Made by a program: the position numbers and the translations under genes
Virus record (IMG/VR): IMGVR_UViG_3300044655_001017
Origin: a virus
Taxonomy: Duplodnaviria > Caudoviricetes
Reading direction: 5' to 3' (one strand)
Length of the DNA: 64,000 nucleotides
Notes under the pieces: model-generated
The model's database searches: none
What the model saw: only the letters and a program-made list of their open reading frames with translations
What the model was told of the DNA's origin: nothing
In this document: one piece after another, positions 43,301 through 52,629 of the stretch
How positions within the stretch are numbered: position 1 is the stretch's first letter
Layout of the letters: each line of letters begins with the position of its first letter

Positions 43301-44144
43301 AACTAGAGGTCATGTGTTCTTAACTACACTAAACGGTAGTATACATACTCCAATTTATTTAACTGGACAGATTACGATTAATGGTGACAACTCTTCTACA
43401 GGTGCAATCGACGCTAATCACTTTGCTATTACTGGTTTAACTATTGTTGGACCTAATCAAGGTGCTTGTATATACTTTACCGGTACCAACGCACAACGTC
43501 TGCAAGTACAAGATATCTGGTTAACTGCGCGTGGTAGCCAAACTGGTACAACACCGTTCGTTAACGCAGGCGGTTATGGTATTTTTTCTGATAACTCAGG
43601 CGTAAGAGCAAGTGATAACAAACGTTCACCTATTCACGGCAGTGATGTTAAAATTAGTCATACTGGTTCTGGTGACGTGTATTGCTTTAGATTTAGCAAC
43701 GGGTCTACCGGTGAATTTGATAATGTAGAAACCAGTGGAGCTACACAAGTAGGTGCTGCAGGATCTGGTTCATTATTAGCGTTTACTAACTCTACACTAG
43801 ATGCTAACGGTGAGGTTATATTAGAAGCATACGGCACTGGATCTATTTCAGTTAATAACTGTTTACTTTCTAATTCAAATACTGGTGTTTCATACGGTAT
43901 TTGGTTACACGACTTAGGTGGTAACGCAATTATTATTAATACTGTAATTTCAGTGGCATCATCTAATGCTGCAAGTCGCATGATTAAAGGGAATGCAACA
44001 GATCCAACTGGTGTGTTCTATAATAATATTATGGTAGGTAAATCAACTACATATCCGTATCCAGATTTAAATAAGAAAGTAGATAATACTGTTGTGTTAA
44101 CAGCTTTAACTGGTGCTGCTGGTTTAACTGCAGTTAATCCTTAA
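40320..44144 (+). CDS. Long tail fibre (Mtd/hyaluronidase-type N-terminal domain, WxFGTDGxLTLP repeats, C-terminal beta-helix)
   Basis: KIQIRRDTTANWTASNPILSQGELGLDT...KIKIGNG; several WxF..G.LTLP repeats. Confidence 0.8.
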   Translation: MANKIQIRRDTTANWTASNPILSQGELGLDTTLNKIKIGNGTAQWSALSFYTGNPSSLINGLHTVSLNSSGVVTFPGNIATDGNQLTGWSGNLDLNIDGSIQLSADANCALTLQANSHQWAFGTDGALTLPNSGEIFDYAGGAGVLGILISRTFQTPNNANSANFGTNTIKLVLSDVEAEEIREYILAGIGVRVWFNQGDSYPITSCVQVSTGVWTITALNMGNRFTTFAASNTLIFIYTGSTPNTYTNFEEYAPAGAGAAVTIFKGGNNWYFTAEGDLSLPPSGTIRNSMTGDNLLNPTKLINGSHQVVLNVTGTSPYVTFPAVSGSNVYIQGSEIVADGIDFASALSLTSLESYVKLSANAATSGLRRDWIFGTNGNLTLPKGGSVSETSNTIAFAPPTAAVGQSLVIRPTAGQFTISTDHTSGFVPGESITITVSTQFGSDSGELYYTITGATTEQLGRATTGTLTFSSESTKAVTWTIPVQSSMTTFTFDLTGGTGFPGPGGIYVEQLPEITVTLDGSANSEFSHVHLVAGNPTTVDMYLGDDDQYVKIEKNAGNVVVGTNLNTHQWTFGTNSNLTLPNASTISPVSQVGYSYGPYASDIYNNTTGGALSSGTQTVINIGDTVHNNLFDPPVATATTTTGTIASNGDFEPGTSTGTFDLHTDIIVSGQSLGDLQYRDDANPEAGFTLAHPVTPYTGPVVTAGTLISGYSGWITRTPKTTTYIRWADGSRSQVTGSSVNLYPNSPNSGLITTDNVSGKSFPATLYTANYIPSGTAIGVNGNDWKFGTDGKLKLPGTAYNNTSPNYIHANNGILLHPTHNTGGTGPELYISYNDGIVIQPITNDYFQSGTAAAPLFITGSNLPNTNDSIGKLPGDIYINGGRNVKDNTYGKVIVNSGITSQWQFNSSGQLTFPDTTIQHTAYREPDVTNQFYVDPFAANTYTPTGSILKPFRTIAAAQAEIEARITANTLVPGELNPIFIVLTGSITENVTLTRGHVFLTTLNGSIHTPIYLTGQITINGDNSSTGAIDANHFAITGLTIVGPNQGACIYFTGTNAQRLQVQDIWLTARGSQTGTTPFVNAGGYGIFSDNSGVRASDNKRSPIHGSDVKISHTGSGDVYCFRFSNGSTGEFDNVETSGATQVGAAGSGSLLAFTNSTLDANGEVILEAYGTGSISVNNCLLSNSNTGVSYGIWLHDLGGNAIIINTVISVASSNAASRMIKGNATDPTGVFYNNIMVGKSTTYPYPDLNKKVDNTVVLTALTGAAGLTAVNP

Positions 44145-44165
44145 CAATTTAAATTAACAAATACT

Positions 44166-44191
44166 AAAGCCGCGTTATAAGCGGCTTTTTT
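44166..44191 (+). terminator. Intrinsic terminator ending the structural block
   Basis: aaagccgc-gttataa-gcggc followed by a T-run. Confidence 0.9.
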
Positions 44192-44196
44192 ATCTC

Positions 44197-44225
44197 TTGC
44201 ATTTCTTGCAACTATTTGCTATAAT
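44197..44225 (+). promoter_or_regulatory. sigma70-like early promoter
   Basis: TTGCAT-N17-TATAAT. Confidence 0.7.
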
Positions 44226-44249
44226 ATACAAAACATAAGGAGTTCATTT

Positions 44250-44336
44250 ATGTATACAGACATATTAATTATAATAGCATCAATATCAATACCGCTTATA
44301 ATTACACTTTTAACTATACTATCAGGAAAAGAATAA
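44250..44336 (+). CDS. 28-aa single-TM peptide (MYTDILIIIASISIPLIITLLTILSGKE)
   Basis: Read manually; AAGGAG SD; TAATG coupling to the next gene. Confidence 0.6.
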   Translation: MYTDILIIIASISIPLIITLLTILSGKE

Positions 44337-44884
44337 TGGGAATGTTTGATTCATTTTACGTAAGAGGCGTTGAAGTACAAACAAAAGCTCTTGATAACAA
44401 TTTAAGCAGTTTTCAGTTAGGTGACACTGTTCCTAACTATGAAGGTAACTTTGACGGGCCAACAGGCACTTACTACTTAATTGAAGATTCATGGCCAACT
44501 AAGGAATGGTACGGACTTATTATAATTGACAACATATTTGTTGATGCAGTTAAAGCGCAAACAGAAGAAGAAGTAAGGCGAATAACAACAACAACATTTG
44601 CAACTCTTAAAGAAAGACCAGAGTTTGTTGCACAATTACTAACTGCAATAGTTAAAACAGAACTTAATCCAAAACTTAAACTTGCAGAACTTAAATTAAA
44701 ACGGATTAGATCTATCATTTATGATTACAAACAATCACTAGATCCAGACACTGATAACCGTATACGTATGTTTAGTTCATTGCATCCTAAAATTGATGAG
44801 TTTAGAAAAGGTGCAAAATTAGAAGTATTCATTAACGAAATACTTGAAGGTAAATTTTTAAATAATAATGAGGAGGATGAATGA
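44336..44884 (+). CDS. Hypothetical protein
   Basis: ORF, MGMFD start. Confidence 0.75.
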   Translation: MGMFDSFYVRGVEVQTKALDNNLSSFQLGDTVPNYEGNFDGPTGTYYLIEDSWPTKEWYGLIIIDNIFVDAVKAQTEEEVRRITTTTFATLKERPEFVAQLLTAIVKTELNPKLKLAELKLKRIRSIIYDYKQSLDPDTDNRIRMFSSLHPKIDEFRKGAKLEVFINEILEGKFLNNNEEDE

Positions 44885-45975
44885 GCATGTTTCCAACTAT
44901 AACTAACTTAGATGATTTTAAAGCTAATGTAGGTGAAATACCTGGCATTGAGTTTAAAACTAATGAGGATGGTTATACAGTTGCGTCTTACTATATTTTA
45001 GATAGTAAAGTATTTGACAATCCATATGCGCGTGAATGCCGTGGTATTACATTTGATAAAAACGGCAAACTAGTTTCACGTCCATTTCACAAGTTTTTTA
45101 ACTTAGGTGAAAAAGAAGCTACTTTAGAATCTAACTTAGATTGGAATAACGTTGAATCTGTAATGGATAAACGCGATGGCTCAATGATATCCCCTGTGCT
45201 TTTTCCAGATGGTACTATCAAGTTCAAAACTAAACGTACTTACACATCTGATGAAGCAATACACGCTAATAACACATTTGGGCCAGGTACTCCGCAATAT
45301 GAAATGTCAAAAGAGTTATGTCAATTAGATTGTACGCCAATCTTTGAATTAACTTCTCCTGTAAATCGTATTGTAGTAGCATACAAAGAATCCGAACTTA
45401 CCCTACTAGCAGTACGACACAATGAGTCAGGTAACTATATTACACGCGGAGAAATTGAAGCGTTAGGTTCTGCATGGAATGTGCCTATAGTTGGTACTAA
45501 CTTATGGTCTAACATTGAAGACTACAAAGATAAAATCAACACGCTAACTGCGTTTGAAGGTTTTGTAATTCAGTTCCATACTGGCGAAATGATTAAGATG
45601 AAAACTTTGTGGTATATGTCGTTGCATCGTAATGTTACATTTACTACAGAGAAAAACATAGTTGAAATGATCTTTGATGAAACTCTTGATGACTTCAAAG
45701 CATACTGTACTACAGTTGAAGATTTTGATTTGTTTGATAAAGTGGTAGAAATTGAATCACGCGTAAACGACACATTATCTGAAATCATCGAAGACGTAAA
45801 CACTACTGTTAATACTTGCGGTATTGAAACTGGACAATTTAAAGAGTTTGCGTTAACGTACAATAATCATCCACTATTTTGGCTACTAATGATGAAATTC
45901 AAAGGTCAAGAACCTGCGTATGCCAAATATTTTTTAACTAACCACTTACATGAATATTCACGGGAGTGCATATAA
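44881..45975 (+). CDS. rnlA: RNA ligase, T4 Rnl1 family
   Basis: RECRGITF, SRPFHKFFN, KRDGSMI (motif I), PIFEL, EGFVI, KMKTLWY. Confidence 0.9.
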   Translation: MSMFPTITNLDDFKANVGEIPGIEFKTNEDGYTVASYYILDSKVFDNPYARECRGITFDKNGKLVSRPFHKFFNLGEKEATLESNLDWNNVESVMDKRDGSMISPVLFPDGTIKFKTKRTYTSDEAIHANNTFGPGTPQYEMSKELCQLDCTPIFELTSPVNRIVVAYKESELTLLAVRHNESGNYITRGEIEALGSAWNVPIVGTNLWSNIEDYKDKINTLTAFEGFVIQFHTGEMIKMKTLWYMSLHRNVTFTTEKNIVEMIFDETLDDFKAYCTTVEDFDLFDKVVEIESRVNDTLSEIIEDVNTTVNTCGIETGQFKEFALTYNNHPLFWLLMMKFKGQEPAYAKYFLTNHLHEYSRECI

Positions 45976-46193
45976 TGAAAAAAGATTTAGAAAAAGCACT
46001 TAACAAACAACTACAAGGTCCGCTTACTGATAAACAGTGGAAGTATTTTAAAAGCATCTGCAATCATCAATTAATTTCAATGGATGAAACTGCACTTGAA
46101 CGTAACTCTCCATTTATGACTGCACGATATTGGTTTGATATTGGATGGCGTGCTAAGAAAATTATTAAAGCACGTAAAAAGGCAGCTGCATAA
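45975..46193 (+). CDS. Hypothetical protein
   Basis: TAATG-coupled ORF. Confidence 0.65.
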   Translation: MKKDLEKALNKQLQGPLTDKQWKYFKSICNHQLISMDETALERNSPFMTARYWFDIGWRAKKIIKARKKAAA

Positions 46194-46486
46194 TGGAAAC
46201 GTTATTGATGCTGTTTTTCTCATCGTATTGTTCAGTACTGCTATTAGGATTTCAATCTCAAATTGTACGCGACAAACATGTTCTAACTGCATTTATTACA
46301 TCATTAATGCTTGGTACTTGCCAACTAGTTTTATTTAAATTAGCACCAACTGCATCTACTTACGAAAGTATAGTATTTGTACTAGGCGGTGCATGTGGTA
46401 TTGTATCAAGCATTTACTTACACAACTTTTGGCTATGGGTGCGTAGCCGTAAACACTCGAGGTACAAACATGAGCGTTATGACTGA
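46193..46486 (+). CDS. Small multi-pass membrane protein
   Basis: Three hydrophobic segments. Confidence 0.7.
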   Translation: METLLMLFFSSYCSVLLLGFQSQIVRDKHVLTAFITSLMLGTCQLVLFKLAPTASTYESIVFVLGGACGIVSSIYLHNFWLWVRSRKHSRYKHERYD

Positions 46487-46631
46487 TTTTACGCTTACTA
46501 CAATTTTTAACTTAATATCATTTATTGGTATTATTCTTTTACTTGCTGGTTTTAATCCAATTATTGGGGGTTCTCTAGTTGCAGCTGGATTAGTTGCATT
46601 TTCTATATTAATTGTGTTTCATAAGGTTTGA
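46470..46631 (+). CDS. Small two-TM protein
   Basis: GAGG SD before ATG 46470; hydrophobic. Confidence 0.55.
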   Translation: MSVMTDFTLTTIFNLISFIGIILLLAGFNPIIGGSLVAAGLVAFSILIVFHKV

Positions 46632-46656
46632 CATCGTATACAAAATATAGTATAAT
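46628..46656 (+). promoter_or_regulatory. Consensus sigma70 promoter
   Basis: TTGACA-N17-TATAAT. Confidence 0.85.
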
Positions 46657-46680
46657 ATTATTTTTAACTTAGGAGTCCAC

Positions 46681-47169
46681 ATGATACAAAAAGTTTCATT
46701 TAGATCTATGAACAATGGTGTAGAATCACGCAATAAAGTTATGGTCTATGACTTTTCAAAAAAAGAAAGAGGCATTACTCAATTACTTGTTAATGCAGCT
46801 GCACACGAATCACTAAGAGGTAACACAGTAGTGTTTCTTAGTATGGAAATGCATGAAGATGCAATTAAAAAACGATTCAATGACGCAAATTCAAATGTTG
46901 AAAACATTCATATTATTGAAAGCTTAATGAGTGTAGCAGTAAAATCTACACATGAGATTTACAATGGTGAAATGGTTCCTTACTTATTTGAATTGTACAA
47001 AGGTGTTGATTTAGCAGTTAAGCCAAACATACTTGTTATTGACTGTGCTGACTTTTTAGTTGGTACTGATATTATCAACAAACTAATTCAATTTGCAGAT
47101 AACGAGAATATCAACATTTATACTGCAATCCGTAACAAAAGCAGATTACCAAACGTATGGGAGGAATAA
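46681..47169 (+). CDS. Truncated/degenerate DnaB/RecA-fold protein
   Basis: GNTVVFLSMEM...IKKRF and LVID resemble the DnaB-like core; no intact Walker A. Confidence 0.5.
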   Translation: MIQKVSFRSMNNGVESRNKVMVYDFSKKERGITQLLVNAAAHESLRGNTVVFLSMEMHEDAIKKRFNDANSNVENIHIIESLMSVAVKSTHEIYNGEMVPYLFELYKGVDLAVKPNILVIDCADFLVGTDIINKLIQFADNENINIYTAIRNKSRLPNVWEE

Positions 47170-47528
47170 TGATAGACTCACGAAAGCTACAAAAATACAC
47201 AAAACAAGATCATGCAGCATACTTGTTCATTAACGATTTAGACCGCAAACTACGGTCCGATCAGGCTACTAGACTTGATCGTGTATTAACTGTAGTAATG
47301 TACGATAAAATAAAAGAAAATAAAGGCTTGTTTAGTCCTAGACAATACAATCCAACTAAAGAGCCTGGCGTTGATTGGTATTATCAGCCATCTGTTGCTA
47401 CTTGGTTTACTGAACCGATGATGGCAAAATTAGTAGACGATCTTGACGAATACGGTTACCATTTACGAGCCGAGGGACATGATTCTCCGCAATTTGATCA
47501 CGCATTCAAATTAACTATTACTTGGTGA
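47157..47528 (+). CDS. Hypothetical protein
   Basis: ORF; start may be 47169. Confidence 0.7.
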   Translation: MGGIMIDSRKLQKYTKQDHAAYLFINDLDRKLRSDQATRLDRVLTVVMYDKIKENKGLFSPRQYNPTKEPGVDWYYQPSVATWFTEPMMAKLVDDLDEYGYHLRAEGHDSPQFDHAFKLTITW

Positions 47529-47531
47529 TTT

Positions 47532-47858
47532 ATGAAAAAATACTTTTTGGTTTTATTATTAGTAAGTACAGCGTATGCCAATGACGATATTGACATTACT
47601 CCTATGCTTGAGAAATATGCAGCAGCTAATCCAGTACAGCCGTTACCTGATGTAGTTTTTCCAATTGAAGATGATATGCCAAAGAGTAAACAAGGTAAGT
47701 CTACTATACGTAAGACTAACGGTAAGTGTACTGAAGCAGTATCACTAATGGAAGTTTGTAAATCTCCATTACAACTTAAATATGAAAGATTCCGCGCTAC
47801 CTTAAAAGCTAAGGCGGCTGCAAAACGCAAACAAGTATTAGAAAAAGGTAAGAAATGA
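47532..47858 (+). CDS. Secreted hypothetical protein
   Basis: Signal peptide MKKYFLVLLLVSTAYA. Confidence 0.7.
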   Translation: MKKYFLVLLLVSTAYANDDIDITPMLEKYAAANPVQPLPDVVFPIEDDMPKSKQGKSTIRKTNGKCTEAVSLMEVCKSPLQLKYERFRATLKAKAAAKRKQVLEKGKK

Positions 47859-48415
47859 AAAACCACGTGATGCTGGACCTTGAAACTTTGTCAACTAGAA
47901 CAAATGCAACGATCTTAACTCTCGGTGCAGTTAGATTTGATCCGCTCGGAAACGACCCGATTGAAGAAAAAGATAAGCTATATATTAAAATAGACTTAGA
48001 CAGTTGTGCAGACTTAGACCTACACATTGACGATAACACTATTGAATGGTGGGCTAAACAATCACCAGAAGCACAAGAAGAAGCGTTTGGTGAAGAAGGT
48101 AGACTAACAGCAACTGATGCATTTACTCAACTCTACAAGTTCTGTTGGGGCGCAAGTTGCTTTTGGTCCAATGGAGCAGGGTTTGATATTGTAGTATGTG
48201 ACACTTACTTTGATCGTATACAAAAAGCTGCTCCATGGAAGTATTGGGCAATACGCGATGTACGCACAATGTTTGATCTAGGCATTGATCCAAAAATGCC
48301 ACAAGTAACAGCTCACAATGCTGTAGAAGATGCTGTAGCACAAGCAATCGGTGTACAGAATGTATCACAAGTACTAATGGAACATGGCATTACTCCATTT
48401 AAGAAATACAAATGA
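47855..48415 (+). CDS. DEDDh 3'-5' exonuclease (phage RNase T/DnaQ-like)
   Basis: VMLDLETL, WSNGAGFD, RDVRT, HNAVEDA. Confidence 0.88.
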   Translation: MKNHVMLDLETLSTRTNATILTLGAVRFDPLGNDPIEEKDKLYIKIDLDSCADLDLHIDDNTIEWWAKQSPEAQEEAFGEEGRLTATDAFTQLYKFCWGASCFWSNGAGFDIVVCDTYFDRIQKAAPWKYWAIRDVRTMFDLGIDPKMPQVTAHNAVEDAVAQAIGVQNVSQVLMEHGITPFKKYK

Positions 48416-48639
48416 AACTAAAATATCATGCATTATTTAAAACGCAGCTGGAATCATTTCCAGCTGATACAGGTGTCGGGTTATTGTGGTACATGATTAT
48501 AGGCAATAGTGGTCGACACATTGAACGAATGCCAGTAAGCATTAGCAATCCCGTAAACGACATTAAAAAACGTTTGAACCCAAATAAATACAAGTTTATA
48601 GAAATAACAAATCAAATGCCGGTGTTTAAAAAATTATGA
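48412..48639 (+). CDS. Hypothetical protein
   Basis: ATGA-coupled ORF. Confidence 0.6.
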   Translation: MKLKYHALFKTQLESFPADTGVGLLWYMIIGNSGRHIERMPVSISNPVNDIKKRLNPNKYKFIEITNQMPVFKKL

Positions 48640-48938
48640 AACAATATACAAACAATTTACACGTAGTACAAGCAATGCAATTTGAATACTCTGATACGGG
48701 CATTGAACAATTAAAAGGATTCCTTGGTGAAGAATTAATTCAGTATGGAAAAGATCGCCAACCTTATGCAATGGGTTGGGCAGAGATAGGAGTTGTAGAG
48801 CATAATCATAATCTAGCCCCGCCTGCAAAGTATATTGCAACAGAAGGCGATTATGTTGTTAAAGATATTAATGGTGAATTTTTCACATGTAAATTAGATT
48901 TCTTTAATGAATATTATTCAGAAATTATTCAAAAATAA
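48636..48938 (+). CDS. Conserved phage hypothetical protein
   Basis: VVQAMQF...ATEGDYVVKDINGEFFTCK..FF...Y pattern common in phages. Confidence 0.7.
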   Translation: MKQYTNNLHVVQAMQFEYSDTGIEQLKGFLGEELIQYGKDRQPYAMGWAEIGVVEHNHNLAPPAKYIATEGDYVVKDINGEFFTCKLDFFNEYYSEIIQK

Positions 48939-48955
48939 CAAGTATTAAAGTATTC

Positions 48956-49012
48956 GGGTTTAATACACGGGCATAGTGTCCAAATTACTCGCTTAAATAT
49001 ATAGGAGAAATA
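48956..49012 (+). repeat. Leader repeat copy 1 (upstream of porin)
   Basis: gggtttaatacacgggcatagtgtccaaattactcgcttaaatatataggagaaata; differs from 50593-50648 by one substitution and one indel. Confidence 0.95.
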
Positions 49013-49014
49013 TA

Positions 49015-50538
49015 TTGAAATTATCAAAACTAGCTATTGCTGTAACAGTTGCACTAACATCAAGTGTAACTACATCGGCATTTGCGCTAGATTTGTATGT
49101 TAACACAAAAACGAAACAAATTTTTGCAGAACCCGGTAAAGGTCGTCAGAAAATAGGTGCGTTTGAAAAAATTGAAGAATCTGCACATACAACAGTCAAC
49201 AATGAACATACAATCCAAGCGGTTGAAAGTGAAAAATCTGAAATCAAAAAAATTGAACAAGATTTAGAGCTTAAAAGCAATGAAATCAAAGCTCTAGAAG
49301 AACACATCGTTGCTAATAAAGAGGCTGCAGCTAAAAACGATGAAAAATGGTTTAACAAAATTAGTATGCGTGGTTATACTCAATTACGTTATAACCAGCC
49401 ACTTTCAGGCGATAGAGAAGCTAGAGGCACGAAAGATCCTGAAATGAGATCACCTGGTGATAGTGGTATTAAGGATAATGGTGGGTTTACATTCCGTCGA
49501 GTTCGTCTTGTTTTCTCAGGTGATATTAATGATTACGTATCACTTTATATCCAACCAGATTTTGCAAGTAATGTCAGCGATTCACAACAACATTTTGTGC
49601 AACTTCGTGACGCTTATGCCGATTTGGCCTTTGATAAAAAACATGAATACCGTATTCGTGCGGGTCAATCAAAAGTGCCTTTTGGTTGGGAAAACTTACA
49701 GTCATCGCAAAATCGTATAGCGTTAGATCGTAACGATGCGTTAAACAGTGCTGTACCAAGTGAACGTGATTTAGGTTTAATCGGATATTGGGCGCCATCT
49801 GAAGTCCAAAAATTATGGAAAGATTTAGCGAAGAAAAATTTAAAAACATCGGGTGACTACGGTATCTTAGGTTTCGGTGTTTACAATGGTCAAAGTATCA
49901 ATAAAGCCGAAACAAATGATGACCTTTATTTAGTGGCACACAGTACCTATCCAATTGAATTGAACTTCTTAGGCTCATTCTTCAAAGGTCAAGTATTAGA
50001 AGTTGGTGCAGATGCTATCAGTGGTAAATTTAATACACCTACTGCTTCAATTACACCATTTGCAGGTGTTGATGGATTTAACGGCAAAACATCATTTACA
50101 CCAACATCTTTAGGTGGTAAAAATGGTATTCGTGAAGAACGAGTTGGCGTTCATGCTGTATTATTCCCACAACCTTTTGGTTTACAAACTGAATGGAACT
50201 GGGGTGAAGGTGGAACTTTAGATACAACACAGAAAAAAATCACCAGCCAAGGTTTGAGCGGTGGTTATGTTCAAGCTATGTATAAAATAGATAAAGTTTT
50301 ACGCTCTGATGATTCAATCATTCCTTACGCAAAATGGCAAACTTATGATGGCGCCTATAAGGGAGCGAACAATGCGCCACGCGTTTCAGTTGAAGAAATT
50401 GAGGCTGGTGTAGAATGGCAAATGATGAAAGCTTTAGAATTAACCGTGGCTTATTCAACTATGGATAGAACAAACGTTACTAACTTAGGACAAGCTTCGG
50501 GCGATATGATTCGTACACAGTTGCAGTGGAACTACTAA
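49015..50538 (+). CDS. Outer-membrane porin, phosphate-selective OprO/OprP-like (TTG start)
   Basis: Signal peptide, periplasmic coiled coil, RGYTQLRY, FRRVRL, LRDAYADL, RAGQSKVPFGWENLQSS, ERDLG, C-terminal QLQWNY beta signal. Confidence 0.8.
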   Translation: MKLSKLAIAVTVALTSSVTTSAFALDLYVNTKTKQIFAEPGKGRQKIGAFEKIEESAHTTVNNEHTIQAVESEKSEIKKIEQDLELKSNEIKALEEHIVANKEAAAKNDEKWFNKISMRGYTQLRYNQPLSGDREARGTKDPEMRSPGDSGIKDNGGFTFRRVRLVFSGDINDYVSLYIQPDFASNVSDSQQHFVQLRDAYADLAFDKKHEYRIRAGQSKVPFGWENLQSSQNRIALDRNDALNSAVPSERDLGLIGYWAPSEVQKLWKDLAKKNLKTSGDYGILGFGVYNGQSINKAETNDDLYLVAHSTYPIELNFLGSFFKGQVLEVGADAISGKFNTPTASITPFAGVDGFNGKTSFTPTSLGGKNGIREERVGVHAVLFPQPFGLQTEWNWGEGGTLDTTQKKITSQGLSGGYVQAMYKIDKVLRSDDSIIPYAKWQTYDGAYKGANNAPRVSVEEIEAGVEWQMMKALELTVAYSTMDRTNVTNLGQASGDMIRTQLQWNY

Positions 50539-50592
50539 AAAATATGCAATAATTTTATCAGATGATAAATAAAAACGTATTAAATGCCAATA

Positions 50593-50648
50593 GGGTTTAA
50601 TACACGGACATAGTGTCCAAATTACTCGCTTAATATATAGGAGAAATA
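50593..50648 (+). repeat. Leader repeat copy 2 (upstream of dnaK)
   Basis: gggtttaatacacggacatagtgtccaaattactcgcttaatatataggagaaata. Confidence 0.95.
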
Positions 50649-50650
50649 CA

Positions 50651-52618
50651 ATGAGCAAAATTATCGGAATCGACTTAGGTACAACAAATTCATGCGTAGC
50701 AATCTTAGAAAACGGAATTGCTAAAGTAATTGAAAACGCAGAAGGTACACGCACAACCCCCTCAATCATCGCATACACTAACGACGAAATCCTAGTTGGT
50801 GCAGCAGCAAAACGTCAATCAGTAACAAATCCAAAAAACACATTATATGCTGTTAAGCGTCTTATTGGTCGTAAATTTGATGAGTCAGCTGTACAGAAAG
50901 ATATTGACTTAATGCCATATAGCATTATTAAAGCTGAAAACGGTGATGCATGGGTAGAAGCAAATGGTGAGAAACTAGCTCCTCCACAAGTGTCTGCAGA
51001 AATCTTACGTAAGATGAAAAAAACTGCAGAGGACTATTTAGGTACAGAAGTAACTCAAGCAGTTATTACCGTACCTGCATACTTTAACGATTCACAACGT
51101 CAAGCAACTAAAGATGCAGGACGTATTGCTGGATTAGAAGTATTGCGTATTATTAATGAACCAACTGCTGCAGCATTAAGCTACGGTGTTGATAAGTCTG
51201 ACAAGAAAGACCGCAAAGTTGCTGTATTTGACTTAGGTGGTGGTACTTTTGATATTAGTATTATTGAGATCGCTAATGTTGACGGTGATAAACAAATTGA
51301 AGTATTATCTACAAACGGTGATACGTTCTTAGGTGGTGAAGATTTTGATCAACGTTTAATGGATCATTTGATTGATGAATTTAAGAAAGAGTCTGGCGTA
51401 GATCTTAAAACTGATACAATGGCGTTGCAACGTTTAAAAGAAGCTGCTGAAAAAGCTAAAATTGAATTGTCAAGTACTGCACAAACAAATGTTAACTTAC
51501 CATATGTTACTGCAGATGCTACAGGTCCAAAACACTTAAATGTAACAGTAACTCGCGCTAAGTTTGAATCATTAGTTGACGACTTAGTACAACGTTCAAT
51601 TGAACCATGTAAAATTGCAATTGCAGATGCTAAAGTACAATTGTCAGATATTGACGAAATTATTTTAGTAGGTGGTCAAACACGTATGCCTAAAGTACAA
51701 GAAGCAGTTGAAGCATTCTTTAGAAAAGCACCACGTAAAGACGTTAATCCAGATGAATCTGTTGCTGCAGGGGCTGCTATTCAAGGTGCAGTGTTAGCAG
51801 GTGACAAAACTGACGTATTGTTACTTGACGTTACTCCATTAAGTTTAGGTATTGAAACAATGGGCGGAGTGTTTACTAAGTTAATTACTAAAAATACAAC
51901 TATTCCAACTAAAGCAAGCCAAACATTTTCAACAGCAGAAGATAATCAACCTGCAGTTACTATTAAAGTAGGACAAGGTGAACGCGACTTGTATCGTTAC
52001 AATAAACAACTTGGCGAGTTTAACTTAGAAGGTATTGACTCAGCGCCGCGAGGTCAACCACAGATTGAAGTAACATTTGATATCGATGCCAATGGTATTA
52101 TGCATGTAAGTGCTAAAGATAAAAATACAGGCAAAGAGAACAAAATTACTATTAAATCTGATTCGGGATTAACTGACGATGAGATTCAACGTATGGTGCG
52201 TGAAGCTGAAGAAAACGCAGAATCAGATGCTAAGGCTAAAGAGTTAATTGAAGCGCGTAACAGTGCAGAAGCACAATCACATTCTTTGAAGAAAGACTAC
52301 GATGAAGTTAAAGACGAGTTAACTGAAGAAGAACGTACTGCGTTTGATGATGCATTAATTGCACTCGAAACTGCACGCGACGGTGAAGAAGTTGAAGCAA
52401 TTACTGAAGCAACTACTAAACTTTTTGAGGCAGCAAGTCCTGTTTTTACTAAAAAACAAGAAGTTGAACAAGCCAAAGCTGCTGCAGATGCAAAAGGCGA
52501 AGCAGACGTTACTGCAGAATTTACTGAAGTAACCTCTGAAGAAACTGTTGAAGACACTGTTGAAGACACTGTTGAAGAAACTGTTGAAGAAGCCACAGTA
52601 GCAGAACCAAAAGCATAA
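50651..52618 (+). CDS. dnaK: Hsp70 chaperone DnaK
   Basis: [45 protein letters not shown]. Confidence 0.98.
   Translation: MSKIIGIDLGTTNSCVAILENGIAKVIENAEGTRTTPSIIAYTNDEILVGAAAKRQSVTNPKNTLYAVKRLIGRKFDESAVQKDIDLMPYSIIKAENGDAWVEANGEKLAPPQVSAEILRKMKKTAEDYLGTEVTQAVITVPAYFNDSQRQATKDAGRIAGLEVLRIINEPTAAALSYGVDKSDKKDRKVAVFDLGGGTFDISIIEIANVDGDKQIEVLSTNGDTFLGGEDFDQRLMDHLIDEFKKESGVDLKTDTMALQRLKEAAEKAKIELSSTAQTNVNLPYVTADATGPKHLNVTVTRAKFESLVDDLVQRSIEPCKIAIADAKVQLSDIDEIILVGGQTRMPKVQEAVEAFFRKAPRKDVNPDESVAAGAAIQGAVLAGDKTDVLLLDVTPLSLGIETMGGVFTKLITKNTTIPTKASQTFSTAEDNQPAVTIKVGQGERDLYRYNKQLGEFNLEGIDSAPRGQPQIEVTFDIDANGIMHVSAKDKNTGKENKITIKSDSGLTDDEIQRMVREAEENAESDAKAKELIEARNSAEAQSHSLKKDYDEVKDELTEEERTAFDDALIALETARDGEEVEAITEATTKLFEAASPVFTKKQEVEQAKAAADAKGEADVTAEFTEVTSEETVEDTVEDTVEETVEEATVAEPKA
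52541..52588 (+). repeat. 12-bp tandem repeat x4 in the dnaK 3' end (ETVE/DTVE)
   Basis: ga(a/c)actgttgaa x4. Confidence 0.9.
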
Positions 52619-52629
52619 CACTAAATTTG

